A DNA stretch of 64,000 nucleotides, from positions 1-64,000 of IMG/VR virus record IMGVR_UViG_3300023174_000136; one strand, given 5' to 3'. Positions 7,126 through 16,333 of this stretch are shown here, one piece after another; position 1 is the first letter of the stretch, and the number at the start of each line of letters is the position of its first letter. The DNA is from a virus (Duplodnaviria > Heunggongvirae > Uroviricota > Caudoviricetes). Below the pieces are notes generated by a model that was not told the origin of the DNA, did not search any database, and saw only the letters and a list, made by a program, of their open reading frames with translations. Position numbers and translations under genes: made by a program.

Positions 7126-8046
7126 TTATTCATGCTTCTCTAGGCGCCATCCGTATGCGCTTTTTCTTTTACCATGCGCCAACATGCTAAGCATCGATCC
7201 TCCAAGATCATATTTCTTCTTTAATTCATATCTTGTGCAAATTTCCACAACGCCAGAGTCGTGTATAAATTTATATACGGTGTGGTCATAGCTGTGATGT
7301 TTTTTGCCTTTGTTGCCGTATTCATGTGGAGCAGATTCTAATTGGTCCGTGCGTACTAGTCGCCATCCATTTGTGCTATATTGGCGCCCATGGATCAGTC
7401 TGCTCAGAGATACTTGGTCAATATCATAAGTTTCTCTCATCTCATATCTGGTGCATTTCATTATGCCATGTACTGAATGTATGAATGTATATATAGATTG
7501 GTCGCCCATATTTGCTCTATGCGACTCGGATTTCAACTTGCCATTACTGGACTTGCTTATATTGACACGATGAGATTCAGATTTTGGCTTATGCATTTTC
7601 TTCCTAGTTTCGTCAGTCTTGTGTCTGCCTTTGAGAACATGATCAATCCTGTTGGGATTTATACTGCATGTTTTCTCGTGAGTTGAATGATTTCTTTTGT
7701 CTATCATTTTGTCGCAGTGAGTACATTTCTTTCTCGCACAGGGCGCTCCGAAGAATTTGTCGTCACCATTGTGTTTGTTATATGACATGGGATCGCGCTT
7801 GGCGTCTAGTGATCGGAGGAGTTCAGTCTCAAGAAGGCGCATTTCCTGTACATTTCCGATAGCCAAAATCTCTCTGTTCCAGTTATCGGGATTTCCTTCA
7901 ATGAGTGGCTCGACGACATCGGAGGAGCAGATATAGCCATCATCTGGATGACATTTCTTGGCGGTTCGTGATCCGATATACCATTTGCCGGTCGATTTTT
8001 CTGTCCATTTGTATACAAATGGAACATGGGTATTATAAATATTCAT
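7126..8046 (-). CDS. GIY-YIG homing endonuclease with NUMOD3-like motifs and two tandem C-terminal DNA-binding repeats
   Basis: KWYIGSRTAKK...DDGYICSS is the GIY-YIG motif. PKSESHRVNISKS and LKSESHRANMG are NUMOD3-like. Two homologous ~45-aa C-terminal modules follow (IYTFIHSVHGIMKCTRYEMRETYD... and VYKFIHDSGVVEICTRYELKKKYD...). Confidence 0.8.
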   Translation of the reverse strand: MNIYNTHVPFVYKWTEKSTGKWYIGSRTAKKCHPDDGYICSSDVVEPLIEGNPDNWNREILAIGNVQEMRLLETELLRSLDAKRDPMSYNKHNGDDKFFGAPCARKKCTHCDKMIDKRNHSTHEKTCSINPNRIDHVLKGRHKTDETRKKMHKPKSESHRVNISKSSNGKLKSESHRANMGDQSIYTFIHSVHGIMKCTRYEMRETYDIDQVSLSRLIHGRQYSTNGWRLVRTDQLESAPHEYGNKGKKHHSYDHTVYKFIHDSGVVEICTRYELKKKYDLGGSMLSMLAHGKRKSAYGWRLEKHE

Positions 8047-8188
8047 GCTGATGGTTCCCTTTTAACTATTAGAGCCTGGGGGCATTTGCGGTGCCGCGAC
8101 AGGTACATCTTTATTTATTATTTTACGCTTGACGCAATCACACAAAATCTGTAAACTATAAAATATCATGCCGCTCTTGTCATGTTAT

Positions 8189-8225
8189 CAATTCGCCTAT
8201 CTCTAATTAAGGATATATTAAATGA
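8189..8225 (+). repeat. 37-bp direct repeat, copy 2
   Basis: Same sequence as 6859-6895 with one mismatch. Here it is noncoding and supplies the RBS and ATG of the 8222 gene. Confidence 0.6.
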
Positions 8226-9613
8226 TTATTGCTGGTATTATTGGATTTCTTCTTCTCTCTGTTCTGGCTGTTGGTCTCACGTTCGCCATGATTTGGCGCG
8301 TAGTTGTGCCTACCAACATGGTACATATTGTACAACGTGCAACTAAAACAGTATCATATGGATCTTCGCAACCTAGTGGCAATATCTACTACGAATTCCC
8401 CACATGGCTACCTATGGTGGGTGTCAGTGTTAGTAAGTTTCCTGAATCAAATTTTGAAATTTCACTCAAAGATTATGAAGCGTATGATATCGGACGACTG
8501 CCATTCAAGGTAGACATTACTGCGTTCTTTCGTATCAGTGATAGCCAAGTCGCTGCAAAGCGTGTTGCCACTTTTGGCGATCTACAGACACAGTTAACTC
8601 GTGTCCTTCAAGGCGCAGTTCGTCGTATTCTTGCTACAAATTCACTTGAACATATTCTTGAAGCTCGTTCAACATTGGGTAAGCAATTCACCGATGAAGT
8701 CAATGAGCAGCTTAAAGAGTGGGGTGTTACCAATGTGAAGATGATTGAAATGATGGACATTCGAGATTACGATGGTTCACAGGTTATTCATAACATGATG
8801 GCCAAAGAAAAATCACGCATTGAAATGGAGTCGCGTGTTGAAGTTGCCAAGAATATTCAGGCAGCAGAAACCAAGGAAATTGAAGCCAAGCGCCAGATTG
8901 CACTTAGCCGCACCGAAGCTGAACAGCAGGTAGGTATTCGCCAAGCCGAGAAGGAAAAGACTATCGGTATTGCTCAGGAAAAGAACAAGCAGGAAGTCCA
9001 GCTTGAAGCTAAGTTGACCACTGAGCGCCAGATGGAAGTTCAAAAGGTGCAGAGTGTTCGTCAGGCTGAAATTGACAAGGAAGTTGCAACTGTTAAAGCT
9101 GAACAGGACAAGCAGGTACAAGTTGTCAATGCAGAGGCTGCAAAGCAGGCACAGATTACCAATGCAGAAGCTGAAAAGGAATCAGTGACACAGATTGCAG
9201 AAGGTAAGTTGGCTGCTACATTGAAGAATGCCGAAGGTATACAAGCAGAAGGTACTGCACGAGCCGAAGCTGAAAAGGCACTGCTACTTGCTCCAGTTAA
9301 CGCTCAGATCACGCTTGCTAATGAAATTGGCAGCAACGAAGGTTATCAGGCGTACTTGATCAAGGTGCGTAACATTGAAGCTACTGAGGCAGTTGGCAAG
9401 GAAATGGCAGGCGCTATCAAGGCTGCTGATCTTAAGATTATTGCTAATAGTGGTGATGTGCAGAGCGGCATTGGCAACCTCGCTGATGTGTTTACTCCCA
9501 AGGGCGGTACGAGTATTGCAGGCATGCTTGCAGCACTTAACCAGACCGAAGAAGGATCTGCGCTACTAGGCAAGGTAGTTGGCGCTGTTACTGATGCTGC
9601 CAAGACCAAGTAA
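8222..9613 (+). CDS. SPFH/band-7 (flotillin/stomatin-like) domain protein with an N-terminal transmembrane helix and a long coiled-coil
   Basis: The N-terminus has a transmembrane helix, IIAGIIGFLLLSVLAVGL. An SPFH-like core is followed by an AEKE/Q-rich coiled-coil repeat region. Confidence 0.75.
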   Translation: MIIAGIIGFLLLSVLAVGLTFAMIWRVVVPTNMVHIVQRATKTVSYGSSQPSGNIYYEFPTWLPMVGVSVSKFPESNFEISLKDYEAYDIGRLPFKVDITAFFRISDSQVAAKRVATFGDLQTQLTRVLQGAVRRILATNSLEHILEARSTLGKQFTDEVNEQLKEWGVTNVKMIEMMDIRDYDGSQVIHNMMAKEKSRIEMESRVEVAKNIQAAETKEIEAKRQIALSRTEAEQQVGIRQAEKEKTIGIAQEKNKQEVQLEAKLTTERQMEVQKVQSVRQAEIDKEVATVKAEQDKQVQVVNAEAAKQAQITNAEAEKESVTQIAEGKLAATLKNAEGIQAEGTARAEAEKALLLAPVNAQITLANEIGSNEGYQAYLIKVRNIEATEAVGKEMAGAIKAADLKIIANSGDVQSGIGNLADVFTPKGGTSIAGMLAALNQTEEGSALLGKVVGAVTDAAKTK

Positions 9614-9634
9614 TTAAAAGTCTAATACAATGTG

Positions 9635-9665
9635 AAGGGCTCGTATCTCTACGAGCCCTTTTTGT
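9635..9665 (+). terminator. rho-independent terminator
   Basis: An 11-bp stem aagggctcgta / tacgagccctt with a 4-nt loop, followed by a T-run. Confidence 0.6.
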
Positions 9666-9684
9666 ATGAACAATAAATACACGC

Positions 9685-11457
9685 ATGTTATTACGAGATT
9701 TCTTTGTCGAAGGCTATCGAGAGGTAGAGTCTAAATTTGTAGCAAGTGGCGCTGACATAAACAGTGTTAAGAAAACACTTGATCAATTCCGTAATCTGGT
9801 AAACAAAAATCAGATACAGGATTACAAAGACGAGAAGGGCAAGATTCAAAATATCCGCAATATAGATTGGTGGGGTAAAAATAAAACTTTCGATGAATTC
9901 TCTAAATTCATCAATGACAAGATGCAGGTACCTACTGCCACTCAAGTCAAGCGCAGTAAAGTTCCTGGAAAAAGTATTAATCTAATAGAGAATGATCAAT
10001 GGTTAGTTGTTATTCCACTTGACAAAGATGCGTCATGTTTTCATGGCAAAGGGTCAAATTGGTGTACTACTAAACGACATCAATCACATTTTGAGAGTTA
10101 TTTTTATCGAAGAGAAATCATATTGATATACTGTCTCAATAAGCAGTCTGGAGGAATGTGGGCTATTGCTGGTCATAGAGATCTATCAGAGTTTGAAATG
10201 TTTGATCAACAAGATAACTCAATTGGCGTAGCCCAGTTTAAACAAGAAACTGGACTAGATCCACAGCAAATATTGCAGACTGCTATTAAAAAACATGGTG
10301 ATCCAATTGCTGCAACTCAAGAAGAATTTCAAGACAAAGATGCAGAATTATCAGAGAGACTCTATGGCTTCTATGACAATGTCAAGCGTGATTCAGAAAT
10401 TGAGAAACTATTGATTTATACTAAGAGTGGCAAGAATTCATTTGATTATGTACAAACATTGGCAGAGAATAATATACCAGTTGATGATATAGCTGTTGAA
10501 ATTTTAATTGCGGCAACCGGATATAGTTGGACGACTATCAAATATTTGAAAAAGCCCAAAGAACGAGTGATAGAGGCCGCTCTACATGGCGGTATAAACA
10601 AAGCGTTAGAGTATGTTATTGATGACCTTGGAATATTTCCTCCTACCGACAGAATGATTCAGTCATTCTTGACAAATGATATTGATACGCCTATCGACGG
10701 TGAGATTCTCCTACTGCGTTCTTATAATATTGATATCAGTGAAAAGGTTGTGATCAACATTGTTAAACATAATATTAGTGTTGTATATAATTTACTACAC
10801 CGTGGCTATACTGTACCCGATGAATATCAAATCAAATATATTCATTATCATGATGAAAAATATAACTGGAGCGATTATAGTGCAAAAATGTTCAAAAATT
10901 CGTCAGATGATGTCAAGGCAGCAGTATTAGAACTTTATCCAGGTGCTTTAGAATTTTTTGAAAATCCCAGTGAGCGGCTGCGTTTAATTTCTTACAAAAG
11001 GAATCCTTACATGCTTGAATACGGTGCTTGGCATGGAGCCTTTCCTAGTAAAGAGGAACAACAAGCACTGTGGGACGGCGGATTTGATGATACGAATACT
11101 AAGACGTACATTGACAGAATTGTTTATTCTCTAACAAGTCGCATTGAGAATAATAAAATTGATTTTAAAAATGATATAAAGAATATTGAAATTGAAAAAG
11201 AAAAAATTAATGTACTAAAAAAAGAAAGTGAGGATACAGAGTGGACTAAGGTACCAGGCATTGATGTAGAAAAAATTATGAAAATTTATCAAAAAATGAT
11301 TGAAGACATCGAGACAAAAATTAAAAATATAAAAGAACTTGCAAATAATAAAAAATATTGGATTGATGAATATCAAAAACGTTTAAATTCATTACAGCAT
11401 GGAATAGAAAATATTGGATACTTGTCAGAATTTAACAAATCAAAGTATGAACGTTAA
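9685..11457 (+). CDS. large hypothetical protein (590 aa) with a Lys-rich coiled-coil C-terminus
   Basis: A long ATG ORF. It is visibly AT-richer than its neighbours. It contains CFHGKGSNWCT and I recognise no other motif. Confidence 0.6.
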   Translation: MLLRDFFVEGYREVESKFVASGADINSVKKTLDQFRNLVNKNQIQDYKDEKGKIQNIRNIDWWGKNKTFDEFSKFINDKMQVPTATQVKRSKVPGKSINLIENDQWLVVIPLDKDASCFHGKGSNWCTTKRHQSHFESYFYRREIILIYCLNKQSGGMWAIAGHRDLSEFEMFDQQDNSIGVAQFKQETGLDPQQILQTAIKKHGDPIAATQEEFQDKDAELSERLYGFYDNVKRDSEIEKLLIYTKSGKNSFDYVQTLAENNIPVDDIAVEILIAATGYSWTTIKYLKKPKERVIEAALHGGINKALEYVIDDLGIFPPTDRMIQSFLTNDIDTPIDGEILLLRSYNIDISEKVVINIVKHNISVVYNLLHRGYTVPDEYQIKYIHYHDEKYNWSDYSAKMFKNSSDDVKAAVLELYPGALEFFENPSERLRLISYKRNPYMLEYGAWHGAFPSKEEQQALWDGGFDDTNTKTYIDRIVYSLTSRIENNKIDFKNDIKNIEIEKEKINVLKKESEDTEWTKVPGIDVEKIMKIYQKMIEDIETKIKNIKELANNKKYWIDEYQKRLNSLQHGIENIGYLSEFNKSKYER

Positions 11458-11666
11458 CTTATACGACCGATTCTATGCAGCAAATTAGCTACACTAGATA
11501 CGCGCTCATCACCTTCGTCAAGTGTCTTTAGTAATGCATAGAGTGCATCTTTGATTAGTGGCATATCTGCAGGAGCGAAGGCTCCGCCTCTTGCCTCTTT
11601 AGGTTGGCTATGCGAGCCATGACTTGGAACATAATCAGCTATAGCTGGTTTAATGGTAGCACTCAT
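11454..11666 (-). CDS. hypothetical small protein
   Basis: 70-aa ORF on the minus strand, convergent with the + genes. Confidence 0.4.
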   Translation of the reverse strand: MSATIKPAIADYVPSHGSHSQPKEARGGAFAPADMPLIKDALYALLKTLDEGDERVSSVANLLHRIGRIS

Positions 11667-11670
11667 TTTA

Positions 11671-11931
11671 TTATCCTATTAGTGGTTGATCTGGTCCACT
11701 GTTAATTGCAGGTCTTTCAGGTGGCCTAGGCGGCGCATTTTCAAATGCAGAGAGTTTACCTTCCCACATTTTGATATTCTCAGTGACTCTGGTGAGTGCT
11801 CGGTCAATGTCCTTGAGTCTGGCAGGATTAGGCGCATCCTTGCGATTTTCTTCTGCTCGATACCTAGTTAGCTTGAGTTCATGTAGCTTCTGCATCTTAA
11901 TGTGGCCGCGAATTTTATTTAAATTGAACAT
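11671..11931 (-). CDS. hypothetical small protein
   Basis: 86-aa minus-strand ORF in tandem with the previous one. Confidence 0.4.
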   Translation of the reverse strand: MFNLNKIRGHIKMQKLHELKLTRYRAEENRKDAPNPARLKDIDRALTRVTENIKMWEGKLSAFENAPPRPPERPAINSGPDQPLIG

Positions 11932-12102
11932 GTTAATTTTACCTTCAAGTATATTTACTCATTGAAATTTATGCCTCTTACATATTTGAATACTCAATTC
12001 ATCGTGAATATCACTCATCTCATCGTTAAAAGATGTAAATTTGCACAATATTTGTATATAATAAAATTTCACTGACGCTAACTATTACTTCATAAAGGAA
12101 AA

Positions 12103-12273
12103 ATGATGAATAAACCGAATTCAAGCTTCAAACTCAGTAGCGCTGCTAAACGAATTATTGCAACTGCCGGGAACAATTCTCGTGCAATTGCCAAAATTTG
12201 GATAAATGGCGAGTTTAATGCACACCGTAAACAACCCAGGACTGTAAAGTCTGATCATTCAACTACTGACTGA
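12103..12273 (+). CDS. hypothetical small protein (56 aa)
   Basis: AAAGGAAAAATG RBS. The peptide begins MMNKPNSSFKLSSAAKRIIATAGNNSRAIAKIWINGEF... Confidence 0.3.
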   Translation: MMNKPNSSFKLSSAAKRIIATAGNNSRAIAKIWINGEFNAHRKQPRTVKSDHSTTD

Positions 12274-12329
12274 AGCTATTTTAATAATGCACACACAGAC
12301 ACTAAACCCAAACAAAGGAGGACAGCGAT

Positions 12330-12989
12330 ATGTCTATGATACGCAATTTTGCGCTAATAGTATTATCGGTTATGACATTCCAGAGTGCAAGTCATGCCGA
12401 GACCCCAGCAGGGAAACAAGCGGGTCACATACCAGAATTAGTTTCTAGTTCTGTTGATACTAAAACTACAGCAGTTGTAACAACTGTTGATACTAAAAAA
12501 CCGGAAGTCAAATCACTACTATATCCGGATAATGATACGAGAGCATTGTATTCTACATTGCCTAATAAAAGCATCAAAAAAAAGGTAGATGATACAGAAT
12601 TACAATGTCTGGCAAAAAATATCTACTATGAGTCTGGCAATCAGCCCGAAGAAGGCAAAGTTGCAGTTGGTCTAGTTACTCTTAATCGCAAATCAGATTC
12701 GAGATTCCCCTCGACTGTCTGTGGAGTAGTCAACCAGCGTTCTAAACGTGCAGTATGTCAATTCTCTTGGCGCTGTCAACGTGTTCGAGCCCTTGATAAA
12801 AATGGCGCACAATGGACGGAAAGCCACAGAATTGCAATGGCTCTATTATCAGTACCAGCGATGTATCAAAATTTAAAGAAAAAGTATTTTGATGCTCTGT
12901 ATTTTCACGCAACATATGTACGACCAAGTTGGTCTTATGAAAAGTTTCGTGTAGCTCGTGTAGCCGGTCACATCTTCTATAGAGATTAG
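12330..12989 (+). CDS. secreted SleB-like cell-wall hydrolase
   Basis: AGGAGG RBS and a signal peptide, MSMIRNFALIVLSVMTFQSASHA. The motif LAKNIYYESGNQPEEGKVAVGLVTLNR...CQFSW is typical of the SleB hydrolase domain. Confidence 0.7.
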   Translation: MSMIRNFALIVLSVMTFQSASHAETPAGKQAGHIPELVSSSVDTKTTAVVTTVDTKKPEVKSLLYPDNDTRALYSTLPNKSIKKKVDDTELQCLAKNIYYESGNQPEEGKVAVGLVTLNRKSDSRFPSTVCGVVNQRSKRAVCQFSWRCQRVRALDKNGAQWTESHRIAMALLSVPAMYQNLKKKYFDALYFHATYVRPSWSYEKFRVARVAGHIFYRD

Positions 12990-13006
12990 ATTTGATTGTT
13001 ATGAAA

Positions 13007-13036
13007 GGTCCTGTGTTTTCACAGGGCTTTTCTTTT
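13007..13036 (+). terminator. rho-independent terminator
   Basis: Stem ggtcctgtg / cacagggct with loop tttt, followed by ttttctttt. Confidence 0.5.
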
Positions 13037-13055
13037 AATACTCATAAATAAAAAT

Positions 13056-13325
13056 ATGAGATTTCACGAATTTGTCACCGAAAAAGCATCTGCCAAAACT
13101 TGCCGAAAAGGTAATGAAGGTAAAAAAATTGGTATTAGTGCAAGATCGAGTTGCGTAAGTCAAGGACTTATGCCTCACAAATCAAAACATACCGATGGCA
13201 CTGGTAAACAGGGCAAGGATGGTTCAGGTGTACCACTAAACGGTAAATATGCCAAAGGTGAACAATACGGCGGAAAAGTCAAAGACTACAGCGCAATCAG
13301 CCGCGGACGCGCAAATCGTAAATAA
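13056..13325 (+). CDS. basic Gly/Lys-rich small protein
   Basis: 89-aa ORF with a weak RBS. Confidence 0.4.
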   Translation: MRFHEFVTEKASAKTCRKGNEGKKIGISARSSCVSQGLMPHKSKHTDGTGKQGKDGSGVPLNGKYAKGEQYGGKVKDYSAISRGRANRK

Positions 13326-13341
13326 TTCCCACCTATTGTTA

Positions 13342-13370
13342 TTGACCCTGTTGGTATTTTCTGCTAGAAT
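13342..13370 (+). promoter_or_regulatory. sigma70-like promoter TTGACC-N17-TAGAAT
   Basis: Exact 17-nt spacer. It is upstream of the DNA ligase gene. Confidence 0.5.
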
Positions 13371-13395
13371 ATGTTGTTAGCAGAAAAGGGAAATC

Positions 13396-14703
13396 ATGTT
13401 TAAAATTATCAAAGAACTAGAAGCCGATAATAGCCGTCTTGTTAAGGAAGCTATTTTAAAGCGAGAAGCAGATGCCGGTAACACAACGTTGTTTGATGGC
13501 ATTCGAATAGCGTTAAATCCATTTGTTACTTTTGGCGTTAGAAAAGTTCCTATTCATGGTGGCCCTGATGGACAAGGTCTTCCTATTGATGCATTCAATG
13601 AATTAACTAATCTTCTTTACAATCGTCTATTGACCGGCAACGATGCTCGTGATGCAATTGAATTGACAATGAGCGCCGCAACTCAGGATGAATGGAATTA
13701 CTGGTACCGCAGAATTCTAATTAAGGATCTTAGATGCGGAGTCAGTGAGAAGACCGTGAACAAAGTTCTCAAGGGAACTTCAATTCCTCCTGTTCCTATT
13801 TTCGAATGTGCTCTTGCAAATGACGGTGCCAAGCAGGAAAAGAAAATCAAGGGCGTTAGAATTCTAGAACCCAAGTTAGATGGTGTTCGGTGCTTGACTA
13901 TGGTAGATTATTCGGCAAGAACTGCTATCATGTATTCTCGTAACGGTAAAATTCTAGAAAACTTCCCTCACATCACTGATGGAATCATGAAAAATATTGA
14001 TGACATTGGTCGTAGTTATGTTATAGATGGCGAAGTGGTCAGCGATAGTTTTCAGGCCTTGATGAAGCAAGTTCATCGAAAGGATGATGTACAGGCAACT
14101 GATGCTCGTCTAATGGCGTTTGATATTATTCCCTTGTCAGAATTTCAACAAGGAAAGAGTGTCATGACACAGAAGAATCGCAGCGCACTTCTGAAAACTA
14201 TGAAGCCTGTGTTTGACAAGTGTGGTGGAATTGATGTAATCGAACAGAAGTTGGTAGATTTGGACTCTCTAGTAGGCAGTATTGAATTTAATGACTTTAA
14301 TAAATTTGCAATTGAGCAAGGATTTGAAGGTATCATGGTTAAAGATCCAGGTGCTATATATGAATGTAAGCGAACTGACTCCTGGTTGAAAATTAAACCA
14401 GTGATTACTGTGGATTTGACCATTGTTGCAGTAGAGGAAGGCACAGGAAAGAATTTAGGTAAATTAGGCGCACTTGTCTGCGAAGGTACCGACCAAGGAA
14501 AATTTATTAAAGTTAATGTAGGATCTGGATTAACAGATGATCAACGAGATGAGATTTGGACAAATCAATCATCGATTCTTGGTCAGGTAGTGGAAATTAA
14601 AGCGGACTGTATCACTCAGAATCAAGATGCAGAAAATACTTATAGTCTAAGATTTCCAAGATTCGAAAGATTCAGAGGCTTCATTGCAGGTGACAAAATA
14701 TAA
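13396..14703 (+). CDS. ATP-dependent DNA ligase
   Basis: EPKLDGVRCL is adenylation motif I (KxDGxR). The 435-aa size fits phage ATP ligases. Confidence 0.85.
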   Translation: MFKIIKELEADNSRLVKEAILKREADAGNTTLFDGIRIALNPFVTFGVRKVPIHGGPDGQGLPIDAFNELTNLLYNRLLTGNDARDAIELTMSAATQDEWNYWYRRILIKDLRCGVSEKTVNKVLKGTSIPPVPIFECALANDGAKQEKKIKGVRILEPKLDGVRCLTMVDYSARTAIMYSRNGKILENFPHITDGIMKNIDDIGRSYVIDGEVVSDSFQALMKQVHRKDDVQATDARLMAFDIIPLSEFQQGKSVMTQKNRSALLKTMKPVFDKCGGIDVIEQKLVDLDSLVGSIEFNDFNKFAIEQGFEGIMVKDPGAIYECKRTDSWLKIKPVITVDLTIVAVEEGTGKNLGKLGALVCEGTDQGKFIKVNVGSGLTDDQRDEIWTNQSSILGQVVEIKADCITQNQDAENTYSLRFPRFERFRGFIAGDKI

Positions 14704-14918
14704 TGACCATAATTAAATGGCTAGGAACGATTCTTATCATCCTGGCCACAATATTTCGTGCAATTGATATGCACGTAGCAGATATGGCTTGTACATTAAT
14801 TGGTTCAAGTGCATGGGCTTATGCAGCATGGCGAACAAACGATAAAGCGTTGTTGACCATAAACTTATTTTCCGTATTGATAATGATAGCGGGAATATAC
14901 CACTCAAGAGGAGATTAA
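14703..14918 (+). CDS. small membrane protein (two transmembrane helices)
   Basis: TAATG overlap. The peptide is hydrophobic, LGTILIILATIF... and LFSVLIMIAGIY. Confidence 0.45.
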   Translation: MTIIKWLGTILIILATIFRAIDMHVADMACTLIGSSAWAYAAWRTNDKALLTINLFSVLIMIAGIYHSRGD

Positions 14919-14925
14919 AAACTAA

Positions 14926-15144
14926 GTGGCAAAGGAAGAATTAATAGAAGTGGAAGGCGTTGTAGAAGATGTTCTTCCAAATGCAATGTTTAAAGTTCGT
15001 GTCAACGAACATCATCTTATTACCGCGGTAATCAGCGGAAAAATGCGTCAACATAAGATCAGAATATTAACTGGTGATCATGTCAAAGTAGAATTGAGCG
15101 CATATGATTTAACGCGCGGAAGAGTCACTTACCGAAGTAAGTGA
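14926..15144 (+). CDS. infA: translation initiation factor IF-1 homolog (S1-like OB fold)
   Basis: GTG start after an [82 protein letters not shown] aligns closely over its whole length with bacterial IF-1. Confidence 0.85.
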   Translation: MAKEELIEVEGVVEDVLPNAMFKVRVNEHHLITAVISGKMRQHKIRILTGDHVKVELSAYDLTRGRVTYRSK

Positions 15145-15151
15145 CCCTCAT

Positions 15152-15664
15152 TTATGACAAGAATATTTCCCAACTTGGGTGACGATAATCAAATTTCATT
15201 TTCTTGCGCTTTTCAACCAGTTCCCAGTAACTAGGCTTGTGTGGAGCTTTTGAAGGCTTGATCTTTGCATCATTGCCTTTAGCTCCATTACATGGACCAC
15301 ATGCGGTTGTGGAATTTTCCCAACTTGTTTTGCCGCCCTTACTGATAGGCAGAACGTGATCTAGTGTCGCGGTCTTTCCAGTAACAGGCGTGAAGCAATA
15401 CTGGCAAGTGTACTCATCTCTTAAAAAGAGATTTGCTTTACTAAAGCGAACATGTGCCTTTTTCTTGGAATATTCCTTGAGCATGATAACTGATGGAACC
15501 TTAGTACTCCAATTGGCAGAATGAACTTCCCAATCGTCGTGCCATACAAGCACACTAACTTTATCAAGCACGAGGTATTCAATGGCCTTGCGCCATGTAA
15601 TCACGCTCAATGGTAACATAGATGACGGTGATCCGTCAGTGTTGAGTAATAAAGTGTCGGCCAT
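15152..15664 (-). CDS. HNH endonuclease
   Basis: YCFTPVTGKTATLDHVLPISKGGKTSWENSTTACGPCNGAKGN is an HNH motif with Cys pairs. Confidence 0.8.
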   Translation of the reverse strand: MADTLLLNTDGSPSSMLPLSVITWRKAIEYLVLDKVSVLVWHDDWEVHSANWSTKVPSVIMLKEYSKKKAHVRFSKANLFLRDEYTCQYCFTPVTGKTATLDHVLPISKGGKTSWENSTTACGPCNGAKGNDAKIKPSKAPHKPSYWELVEKRKKMKFDYRHPSWEIFLS

Positions 15665-15815
15665 AATTTCTTCTCTCAGCTATTTATAGTTTGCATGTCT
15701 CTTATTATACATGATCGGTGATCTTTAATCAATGACTAGATAGCATAAATATTTACATGGATCAAAATCGCATAGCAAGCTATTTTCATAAATACCAGTA
15801 ACTTCGGAGATTTTT

Positions 15816-16322
15816 ATGAGCATTATACCGCTACCAATTAAAATTTTAGTCAGTGTTTTTATAATTTTAGGTGCATTTGCATTTGGATATATGAAGGGAT
15901 CTGCTTATGCAGAAGCAGAACTACAAAGATTTTCTGCCGAATCATCAAAGAAATACGCAGAACTGGAAAAGAAAAATAGTGAAATCAAAGAAAAAGTCGT
16001 AACTCAATATATTGATAGAGTTAATACAATAAAGGAAAAACAGTATGTCTATCTCGACAATGTTAAAAACAACGTTCCTGCTCAGCACGACATGTCTAAC
16101 GGTTTCGTGTACACACACGACATTAGTGCCACAAATGGTGATGCCGACACCGCCAGAAGTTCTGATGCGAGCCCCTCAGGAATTAAGGACAATCAGGTCC
16201 TCCTCACCGTCGTCTCTAACTACTCCAGATGCCTCCAAAACAACCAGCAATTAATTGCTTTACAAGAGTGGATTACAAAAAATAAGCAAGCAGTTGAATT
16301 AGAAAGTTCTCGCAAGAAATAA
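15816..16322 (+). CDS. i-spanin (Rz-like): N-terminal transmembrane helix plus coiled-coil
   Basis: The N-terminal helix is ILVSVFIILGAFAFGY, followed by a charged coiled-coil. The gene is immediately upstream of the endolysin and contains an embedded +1-frame lipoprotein ORF. Confidence 0.55.
   Translation: MSIIPLPIKILVSVFIILGAFAFGYMKGSAYAEAELQRFSAESSKKYAELEKKNSEIKEKVVTQYIDRVNTIKEKQYVYLDNVKNNVPAQHDMSNGFVYTHDISATNGDADTARSSDASPSGIKDNQVLLTVVSNYSRCLQNNQQLIALQEWITKNKQAVELESSRKK
16045..16254 (+). CDS. o-spanin (Rz1-like) embedded in the i-spanin gene: lipoprotein with a Pro-rich tail
   Basis: +1-frame ORF with lipobox LTVSC (MLKTTFLLSTTCLTVSC), followed by the Pro-rich PQMVMPTPPEVLMRAPQ...SSPSSLTTP. 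Confidence 0.5.
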   Translation: MSISTMLKTTFLLSTTCLTVSCTHTTLVPQMVMPTPPEVLMRAPQELRTIRSSSPSSLTTPDASKTTSN

Positions 16323-16333
16323 GGAATTAATAA

